DNA of 12,229 nt from Candidatus Krumholzibacteriota bacterium (lineage in GTDB: Bacteria; Krumholzibacteriota; Krumholzibacteriia; LZORAL124-64-63): the NCBI GenBank assembly GCA_039714075.1, contig JBDLKA010000099.1:1-12229 (forward strand), in the 5' to 3' direction. The notes under the pieces are model-generated. The model was not told the origin of the DNA, ran no database searches, and was given only the letters and a program-made list of their open reading frames with translations. The position numbers and the translations under genes were made by a program. Positions 1-7,715 of this stretch are shown here, piece by piece; positions within the stretch are counted from its first letter, which is position 1, and each line of letters starts with the position of its first letter.

Positions 1-470
1 GCCCACGACTTGGGCAGCAACGGTTCGCCGCCGTACCAGGTGACGTGAAGCTCGCTGCTGGCGGCCATTTCCCGCCGCACCCAGTCGACGATGGCCGTCT
101 GCACGGGCTTGGACATGTTGACCCGCAAGTGCTCTTCGTAGCAGTAGTCGCAGCGGAAATTGCAGTCCAGGGTCGGGGCGATGGTCAGGTGCAGTTCGTC
201 CTTGCTGAACCGGTCCCGCAGCAGATCGGCCTTGATGGTGCCGATCTCGTCCATGTTGTCGTCGATGAGGAAATTGGCCTGGATCATGCCTTCCCGCATC
301 TCGCGCTTGTCGGGCGTGTCGCAGACCATGCCGTCCGGATCGGCCAGCAGGGCCCGGAAAAACCCGAGGTTCTCCTCCTCGATCACCGCCAGGGCCGTCG
401 ACCAGGTGTTGAAAGCGAGCCAGGCGCCGTCGGCCGCCTGGAAAAGACGATTGTAGCGGGAAGCCTTCAT
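1..470 (-). CDS. Radical SAM enzyme, probable SPASM-type peptide maturase (N-terminal ~156 aa; runs off the left edge)
   Basis: Manual translation from ATG at 470: MKASRYNRLFQAADGAWLAFNTWSTALAVIEEENLGFFRALLADPDG...LHLTIAPTLDCNFRCDYCYEEHLRVNMSKPVQTAIVDWVRREMAASSELHVTWYGGEPLLPKSW. CxxxCxxC motif (CNFRCDYC) at 141-164 and a GGEP motif. The ~90 aa N-terminal extension is typical of RRE-bearing peptide maturases. ATGA overlap with the upstream gene's stop. A SPASM domain is inferred, not visible. Absent from the ORF track. Confidence 0.93.
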   Translation of the reverse strand, partial: MKASRYNRLFQAADGAWLAFNTWSTALAVIEEENLGFFRALLADPDGMVCDTPDKREMREGMIQANFLIDDNMDEIGTIKADLLRDRFSKDELHLTIAPTLDCNFRCDYCYEEHLRVNMSKPVQTAIVDWVRREMAASSELHVTWYGGEPLLPKSW

Positions 471-1369
471 GGCCGTTCTCCTTGATTGACGCGGGCCAGC
501 GCGGCCAGCCGGTGGGCGAGGATGGAACCGGGAGCGCCGTCGAGCTGGGTATCCCAGGTATTGAAATCGGGGGCTGCGTCGACCGTCATCACTGCGGGCC
601 CCTCGCCGCCACCGACACAGGAGACCTGAACAATTTCCAGGGCGAGGGTCGAGGCGACGCACGAGGCGAGGTCGGCCGCCTGGTCCGGCGCGGAGGTATC
701 AAGCTGTGCGGGTTCCGAACTCGTCCAGGCGGCGGGGTCGGACCACCGCCGGCAACCGGCGATCTCGCGACCGATGAGCAGCACGTCCATCACCTCTCCG
801 CCAAGGGAGGGAAAAACAAGCCGGGGAGCATCAGGTGGAAGCGCCCCTGCCGGGTGCCGGCGGTCATGGCCCGTGGCGTCGATGGCCACAACGGGTTCCT
901 GGTTGTCAGTGGACACGGACCCGACCCGCCAGGGAGCCACCGGAATCCCGCCGTCGGCGAGCTTGTCCAGAACAGTAATGGGCGCGACGGCGAGATGGGC
1001 GCTCCAAGGGGGATTGACGACCGTCGCCGATTCCGAGGCCGTAGCCAGGGCCGACACCGCCAGGGCCTGGGCTTCCCGCTGGTAATTGCGCCACCGGTTG
1101 AAGTTTTCGACATCGGGCAACGGGAACGGAGGGGGCAGCATCTGGGGCCAGGGAAAGACAGGTTTCTCGATCCACACCACAGCCGCGGTGTGCAACGCGA
1201 ACCCCTGCCAGATGACTTCATCACCCCGAACGGTGACCGGTTCGCCTTGGAGAGGCGCGTCGAGGTCGAGCATCCGGGCGGGTATATCCATCCCGGCCAA
1301 CAGGCCGCGGAGGCGATCGGAAACAGGGGAGTCGGAAACACCGAGCAGGGCGACGGTATTGATTTTCAT
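467..1369 (-). CDS. RimK/graspetide-synthetase-like ATP-grasp fold protein, apparently catalytically degenerate
   Basis: 300 aa; SD-like GGAAGGA just upstream. Layout follows ATP-grasp ligases: VVNPP...LADGGIPVAP, PVVAIDATG, DVLLIG, LALEIVQVS, VMTVDAAPDF. The canonical Lys, QE, Arg, Asp and E-x-N residues are substituted. Confidence 0.7.
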   Translation of the reverse strand: MKINTVALLGVSDSPVSDRLRGLLAGMDIPARMLDLDAPLQGEPVTVRGDEVIWQGFALHTAAVVWIEKPVFPWPQMLPPPFPLPDVENFNRWRNYQREAQALAVSALATASESATVVNPPWSAHLAVAPITVLDKLADGGIPVAPWRVGSVSTDNQEPVVAIDATGHDRRHPAGALPPDAPRLVFPSLGGEVMDVLLIGREIAGCRRWSDPAAWTSSEPAQLDTSAPDQAADLASCVASTLALEIVQVSCVGGGEGPAVMTVDAAPDFNTWDTQLDGAPGSILAHRLAALARVNQGERP

Positions 1370-1398
1370 ATCCTTCCGAATGGGGGCGATAAGGCTGG

Positions 1399-1407
1399 AT
1401 TATGCCA
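1399..1407 (-). promoter_or_regulatory. Possible extended -10 promoter (TG-G-CATAAT) for the ATP-grasp/rSAM operon
   Basis: Minus strand reads TGGCATAAT ~30 nt upstream of the 1369 start; no convincing -35. Confidence 0.3.
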
Positions 1408-1487
1408 CGGCCATGCTGATTTCACTAGGGGAATCCCTTCCCGACATGAAAGCTGCCAATCAGATAGATGGTTGCGGTATTTAGGAG

Positions 1488-1516
1488 TTGACCGGTCAGT
1501 GGCGCTCGGCTACTCT
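1488..1516 (+). promoter_or_regulatory. sigma70-type promoter for precursor gene 1
   Basis: TTGACC (1488-1493) - 17 nt - TACTCT (1511-1516). The -35 overlaps a perfect palindrome TGACCGGTCA (1489-1498). Confidence 0.6.
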
Positions 1517-1523
1517 GCCTCGA

Positions 1524-1605
1524 TTCGCCCACTGATACCCTATTGCAACCGGGACCCGACACCTATCTGCGGGGTGCTCGAAGGCGACTCGCCGGCCAAC
1601 GGGCC
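1524..1605 (+). promoter_or_regulatory. Conserved, putatively structured 5' leader, copy 1
   Basis: Shares TTCGCCCRCTRA and GACACCTATYTGCGGGG...TCGAAGGCGACTCGCCGGCC-loop-GGCC with 1831-1913. Followed by SD AGGAGG (1617-1622). Confidence 0.55.
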
Positions 1606-1629
1606 ATTTATCTTTTAGGAGGAAGTTTC

Positions 1630-1722
1630 ATGAAATTCATCGTCAAACCTCTCGGCAAAAAAGGCAGACTGGACCACACCATGTGTGCGAAGTGCTCCGA
1701 GGATCCCCGCTTCTGCTGGTAG
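1630..1722 (+). CDS. Putative RiPP precursor peptide 1 (30 aa, MKFIVKPLGKKGRLDHTMCAKCSEDPRFCW)
   Basis: Strong SD AGGAGG 7 nt upstream, ATG..TAG, paralogous to 1938-2027 with synonymous changes and an in-frame 1-codon indel. Next to an rSAM maturase and an exporter. Confidence 0.88.
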   Translation: MKFIVKPLGKKGRLDHTMCAKCSEDPRFCW

Positions 1723-1737
1723 GGAACCATGGTAGTG

Positions 1738-1767
1738 GCGCGGCGGCATCTTGCCGCCGCGTTTTTT
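1738..1767 (+). terminator. Intrinsic terminator after precursor 1
   Basis: Stem CGCGGCGGCA (1739-1748) / TGCCGCCGCG (1752-1761), loop TCT, followed by TTTTTT (1762-1767). Confidence 0.85.
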
Positions 1768-1796
1768 ATAATCTTCAATCCCCCTTCAGAATACCG

Positions 1797-1825
1797 TTGA
1801 ATTGAATCCCGGATGGGACTAGAAT
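1797..1825 (+). promoter_or_regulatory. sigma70-type promoter for precursor gene 2 (and possibly the exporter genes)
   Basis: TTGAAT (1797-1802) - 17 nt - TAGAAT (1820-1825). Confidence 0.65.
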
Positions 1826-1830
1826 CCCCC

Positions 1831-1913
1831 TTCGCCCGCTAAGGCCCCCTGCCCCATAGCGATGACACCTATTTGCGGGGCTGGTCGAAGGCGACTCGCC
1901 GGCCTTTTCGGCC
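1831..1913 (+). promoter_or_regulatory. Conserved, putatively structured 5' leader, copy 2
   Basis: Homologous to 1524-1605. Followed by SD GGGGAG (1925-1930). Confidence 0.55.
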
Positions 1914-1937
1914 TATCTCAAATTGGGGAGATTACTT

Positions 1938-2027
1938 ATGAAATTCGTCGTGAAACCCAAGGATATCAAAGGTAAGCGTATTACCATGTGCGTGAAATGC
2001 TCCGAGGATCCCCGCTTCTGCTGGTAG
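1938..2027 (+). CDS. Putative RiPP precursor peptide 2 (29 aa, MKFVVKPKDIKGKRITMCVKCSEDPRFCW)
   Basis: SD GGGGAG 7 nt upstream. Same N-terminal MKF(I/V)VKP and C-terminal TMCxKCSEDPRFCW as precursor 1. Confidence 0.88.
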   Translation: MKFVVKPKDIKGKRITMCVKCSEDPRFCW

Positions 2028-2043
2028 GGACCAAGTCATTTCC

Positions 2044-2075
2044 ATGGCGGCACCGTTTTGCGGTGCCGCTGTTTT
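2044..2075 (+). terminator. Hairpin / weaker intrinsic terminator after precursor 2
   Basis: Stem GCGGCACCG (2047-2055) / CGGTGCCGC (2061-2069), loop TTTTG, followed by an interrupted T-tract TGTTTT. Confidence 0.65.
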
Positions 2076-2131
2076 CGTCTGCGGCGGTCCAGCCCCTTCT
2101 TGAGGCCGCCTATCCGTGACCCGGTGATAAG

Positions 2132-3210
2132 ATGCGTCGCCCTCTGCCCCTGCTCCGGCCCCTTTCCCTGCTCGGCACGGTCTTCCTGCTGACCGTCGTC
2201 GCTGTTTTCGTATTCCTGCGGATCGATCGGGTGGTCGTGGCGCCGGGTTGTTTTACCGGCGGCACCCTGGCTGTGCGGGCGCCCCTGGACGGCCGGGTGG
2301 TGACCGCCGCTGTCAAACCGGGCCAGCAGGTGGCTCCGGGTCAACTGCTGGTGGAATTCGACTCCGAGCCCCTGGAAGCGGAAATCGGCCTGGCGCAGAC
2401 CCGGATCAGGGATCTCGAGCGGCACAAGATCGACCTGGCCGCCGAAATGGAACGGTTGACCACGGGCATCCATCCTGCAGAAGCGGAACAGGCCCGGCGC
2501 GAGGTGGAACGCAGCAAGCTGGCCCTGGAAGATGCTCGGACGGCTCGGGAACGCGCACGTCAACTGGCGGAAGAGGGTCTGGTTGCCGAGGAGAAGCTCC
2601 AGGAAGCAGATCTTGCCTTGAGGTTGGCGGAGATCGAGCTTGCCGGCCGCACGGACGCGGTGCCTTTGCTGGAACGGCGTCAGACCGAGGTCATCGCGAC
2701 CCTGCGCCGGGATGCCGCGGCGGTGGACGCGGAACTGGCCGAGGAACAGCTCACCCTGCGGGAATCACAACGCCGGCGGACCCTTTGCTCGGTCCTGGCC
2801 CCGGACAGCGGTGTCGTCGTGGGCACCGGCCTCTATGAACTCGAACAGCGCTATCTGGAGGAGGGCGAGGATCTGCTGCGCATCGAACGCGGCGTTTCCG
2901 CGCGTTTCGAGGGTTGGTTGGACGACCACGGCCGCGCTCTCGCCCGGGGCGGCCAGGAAGTCAAGATCCGGCTCGACGGCTACCCCTGGCTGCTGCACGG
3001 CACCGTGCCCGGAAAGGTCGAGTTCGTATCCGGCCGCCGCGACGGGAACGGTGAGGGAGCCGCCGGTTTTCCGGTCGTCGTGGCCTACGTGGCCGGAAGC
3101 GGCCCCGGCCCGCTGCTGGACGGCATGACCGGACGGGCCCGCATTGTCGTCGGCGAAAGGGTGAGCCTGGGCCGACTGCTGCTCGAACGGGTCATGGGCG
3201 TGGACGATCC

Positions 3211-3214
<4 letters not shown>
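2132..3214 (+). CDS. HlyD-family membrane fusion / periplasmic adaptor protein
   Basis: N-terminal TM helix (LLGTVFLLTVVAVFVFL), lipoyl-like half motifs (VRAPLDGRV...VKPGQQVAPGQLL; VLAPDSGVV), a long coiled coil, and a C-terminal beta-barrel (GQEVKIRLDGYP...G...GKV...LLDGMTGRARI). Confidence 0.92.
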
Positions 3215-4959
<1,745 letters not shown>

Positions 4960-4965
4960 GCCCGC

Positions 4966-7098
4966 TCATTTAACCAGGGTCAACCGACCGGTCCTGAATT
5001 CATCATCCACCTGCAAACGGGAAAAATAGACACCCGCCGCGACGGCGCCGCCCTCGTTGTCCCGGCCATTCCAGAATTCCCGGTGCGGGCCCGCTCCGAG
5101 ATATCGATCCTCCAAGAGGGTGCGTACCAACCGGCCTGCCAGGTCATGAATGCGCAGGCTGACCCGACCGGACTCCGGCAGGGTGAAACGAAGGCCGGTA
5201 CGGGGATTGAAGGGATTGGGCGCCGCCGGATGCAGTACCGGCCCGCCCGCTGCCAGGACGGGCAATCCCTCGACCGCGCTGACCCCGGCTTCGATCTCGT
5301 CAATGAACCAGACCTTGTTCTCCGGCGTGATGGCGATGTGCTCCTGGTTGGCGGCCGGAAAGTAGACCTGGTCGAAGGCGGTCTTGTCCAGCAGGGCGGG
5401 ATCGCCGGCGATGTCGAAAAACGGTCCGACCCCGACCAGGGCCAGGGCGCTGATCGTGGGGATGAAACAGTGGTTGTCGTGCAGGGCCACGATGTCGCCG
5501 TAGGGCACCGCGGTCGTGTCCATCTGGGCCATGGAGGCCCGGTAGCCCCCGGGGGCGCTGTCCCAGGGAAGCGTTCCGCCGACGGTCACCGTCAGGTAGG
5601 TGTCCGGCAGGGGCCAGATAAGGTTGATCATGCCGTCGAAGATCACCTGGGTCCCCCCATCGGGAACCGCCCACACGTTGCCGTCGATGTCCGCCAGCAG
5701 GCTGCGGTACTCGTAGAAAATCAACTGGTCGCCCGCGGTGAAACCCTGGTCCAGGCCCGCGCCGCTGCCGTTGGCGACGCCCACCAGCCGGGGCGCCGCG
5801 GGCCAGTCGCCCACGCCCGCCAGGTCGGCCTGGAAAGCCGCGAACAAGGGATCCGCTCCGGCGACGGTGCCCGCCGTGGACAGGTGATGGTAGAGCAGCA
5901 TCTGCCGCGCCGCGGGCGTGTTCAGGCGCGACAGCAGGAAGGCGGCATCCTCGGATTCACCCTGGAAAAAATCGAGCCAGTGCTGCAGGCCCAGCGGGAT
6001 GTTGGCCCCGCCGTGGGGCGCGTCGAAGGAAATGAAGGTGCGCACCTGGTGTCCGGTCCCCTGCTGCTCCAGCCAGGCCAGGGCGTAACGGGACACCAGG
6101 CCGCCCATGCTGGCGCCGACCACGGCCACGGTGCGGCCGGGAGCGATGGCCGCCTGCACCTGGCCCAGCAGTTCGGTCAGCACGAAGGCGTTGCGCTGGA
6201 TCGGTTCGGTGGCCTCGGTGAAGTCGAGCACGACGGCGTCGTAACCGTCGCTCCTGAGATCCTCCAGCATGTTTTCCTGATTGAGCAGATCGTACAGCAC
6301 GGGCCAGTCCATGGTGTTGTCCAGGTCGAAGCCTTCGACCACGATCGCGGGATTGGTCAGCGCGGTCCGGCCGGGCGCCAGGTACACGTAGGCCAGTCCG
6401 GTCGCGGCGGAGTCTGCGAAGGCTTCGGAAGCAGTAACGGCCCAGGTCTCATGGGGAGTCGGGGTCACCAGCCGCTTGACGTTCAGGGCGGTCGTGGCGG
6501 TCAGGGTCCGGCCGTCGATCAAGGTGGCCTTCAGCACGGGGTGTTTGACGCCGGTCGTGGAGTACGACACCGGGAAGGGAACGGAAAACGTCAGTTCGCG
6601 CGGCCCGCCGCCGTCGTCCGGATCGAGGGTCATGCTCGCCAAACCCGCGGTTCGGTGGGTCAGGAAATCCGCGGGTTCTAAAATGAACTCGGTCGCGGCA
6701 CCGTGGAACAGCTCTTCACGCAATACCGCCAGCGCGAATACCTCGGCAGCGGCGGTTTGTCCGGATTCCGTCATCCGGTCGTAGGTTGCGTGAACCAGGG
6801 CGAGGGGAACCCGGTGGGGCGAAGCCCCGGCCAGGGTTACGTTCTGCAGGTGGCGGGGCGCCGGCCAACCCAGATTTTCCTCGGCGGCCCGCCGCAGCTC
6901 GTGGACTGTCTGGCGCCAGCGTGCAAGGTCACCGGCGGCAGCGGTCGCGGAACCGTCCAGGTCCTCCAGATGGGCCAGGGGCACAACTCGGTCCACGAGA
7001 ATTCCATTGGGAGTTGTTTGGGGCAGCGGCGGGAAAGCCAGGGCGGCCGGAATCATGATCAGCAATAAAAGGTGCAAAAGGACAAAAAGTGACTTCAT
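4966..7098 (-). CDS. Secreted alpha/beta hydrolase (esterase/lipase-like) with C-terminal FlgD-Ig/T9SS-like sorting domain
   Basis: Signal peptide MKSLFVLLHLLLLIMIPAALA (start 7098 preferred; 7110 possible). Motifs VVEGFD, nucleophile elbow GASMGG, and DAPHGGANIP. C-terminal PNPFNP...IHDLAGRLVRTL...WNGRDNEG...GVYF...LTLVK. Confidence 0.88.
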   Translation of the reverse strand: MKSLFVLLHLLLLIMIPAALAFPPLPQTTPNGILVDRVVPLAHLEDLDGSATAAAGDLARWRQTVHELRRAAEENLGWPAPRHLQNVTLAGASPHRVPLALVHATYDRMTESGQTAAAEVFALAVLREELFHGAATEFILEPADFLTHRTAGLASMTLDPDDGGGPRELTFSVPFPVSYSTTGVKHPVLKATLIDGRTLTATTALNVKRLVTPTPHETWAVTASEAFADSAATGLAYVYLAPGRTALTNPAIVVEGFDLDNTMDWPVLYDLLNQENMLEDLRSDGYDAVVLDFTEATEPIQRNAFVLTELLGQVQAAIAPGRTVAVVGASMGGLVSRYALAWLEQQGTGHQVRTFISFDAPHGGANIPLGLQHWLDFFQGESEDAAFLLSRLNTPAARQMLLYHHLSTAGTVAGADPLFAAFQADLAGVGDWPAAPRLVGVANGSGAGLDQGFTAGDQLIFYEYRSLLADIDGNVWAVPDGGTQVIFDGMINLIWPLPDTYLTVTVGGTLPWDSAPGGYRASMAQMDTTAVPYGDIVALHDNHCFIPTISALALVGVGPFFDIAGDPALLDKTAFDQVYFPAANQEHIAITPENKVWFIDEIEAGVSAVEGLPVLAAGGPVLHPAAPNPFNPRTGLRFTLPESGRVSLRIHDLAGRLVRTLLEDRYLGAGPHREFWNGRDNEGGAVAAGVYFSRLQVDDEFRTGRLTLVK

Positions 7099-7145
7099 GA
7101 CGACCCCCATCCCCGAAAACGAACTCGCTGCGCCCCAAAAAGGTC

Positions 7146-7174
7146 AGTATAACTCCACCGGTTGCCGCCGTCAC
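7146..7174 (-). promoter_or_regulatory. Possible sigma70 promoter for the hydrolase gene
   Basis: Minus strand GTGACG (7174-7169) - 17 nt - TATACT (7151-7146). Confidence 0.45.
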
Positions 7175-7225
7175 CAGGCCTGGTCATTCACGGACCCCCG
7201 GCCGGTTCACGAAAACCCCACCGGT

Positions 7226-7254
7226 TTGACGTACGAACTGTTAATCCATAGCAT
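7226..7254 (+). promoter_or_regulatory. Possible sigma70 promoter for the 7301 gene
   Basis: TTGACG (7226-7231) - 17 nt - TAGCAT (7249-7254). Confidence 0.5.
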
Positions 7255-7300
7255 GATTCGTAAGGCTTTTTTGTTCCCTCGCCCAGAGAGGGAGGCGGTC

Positions 7301-7702
7301 ATGGGGGTCATCGAAGCCGTCATGGGTCCGCGTTCGAAGCGAGACCTTCGTTTGCCTTATACCTACGAGGCATGGGTCGACATCCTGAACGGGCAAGGCC
7401 GGGAGCCCGTTTACGACCACTATTTTTCCAGCACGATCTGCGGTTTGGTAACGTATCTGGACAGCATGGGACTGTCCGCGGGGGACGTCCTGCTGTTTGG
7501 TGTCTACCGCGGCCGCCAAACCCGATTGTCCACCGAATTGCTGACTACCGAAGATGGATGTTGGCTGAAAAGACCGGAAATATGCCACGTCCTGGAAAAG
7601 TACTACGAAAAAACACGCGATGAATGTTACCGGGGACACGTTGAAGAGGGTCCCTGCTCCTTCGACGATCGGAATCGCGAGGGCTCGGGTCCGTCCTGGT
7701 AA
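7301..7702 (+). CDS. Hypothetical protein (133 aa, MGVIEAVMGPRSKRD...GSGPSW)
   Basis: SD GGAGG at 7291-7295 before the ATG at 7301. Globular-looking composition with several Cys/His. Fills the gap between two minus-strand genes. Confidence 0.78.
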   Translation: MGVIEAVMGPRSKRDLRLPYTYEAWVDILNGQGREPVYDHYFSSTICGLVTYLDSMGLSAGDVLLFGVYRGRQTRLSTELLTTEDGCWLKRPEICHVLEKYYEKTRDECYRGHVEEGPCSFDDRNREGSGPSW

Positions 7703-7715
7703 CGGGGGGAATGGT

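Noticed and set aside
1524..1605. Known ribozyme or riboswitch (hammerhead-like CTGA...CGAA, c-di-GMP-II-like TGCAACCG, guanidine-II-like ACGG loop)
   Set aside because: Each resemblance is partial and absent from the second copy (CTAAG, no TGCAACC, TTTTC loop), so no named family is claimed.
45..1618. Plus-strand ORFs 45..485, 160..456 and 482..1618
   Set aside because: Antisense shadows of the rSAM and ATP-grasp genes in GC-rich DNA, with no recognisable motifs.
1720..1725. Stop-codon recoding (Sec/Pyl) at the conserved TAG-GGA
   Set aside because: The stop is TAG rather than TGA, sequences diverge right after it, and terminator hairpins follow.
1558..2030. CRISPR array or mobile-element repeats
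   Set aside because: Only two copies, ~305 bp apart, each containing an ORF; no cas or transposase genes.
1630..2075. Micro-ORFs as attenuator leader peptides or type I toxin genes
   Set aside because: No runs of a regulatory amino acid, no hydrophobic TM helix and no obvious antiterminator. The leader/core conservation pattern and adjacent rSAM favour RiPP precursors, though this alternative is not formally excluded.
7007..7300. N-terminal extension of the 231 aa ORF
   Set aside because: Overlaps the start of the divergent hydrolase gene and its promoter region; the SD supports ATG 7301.
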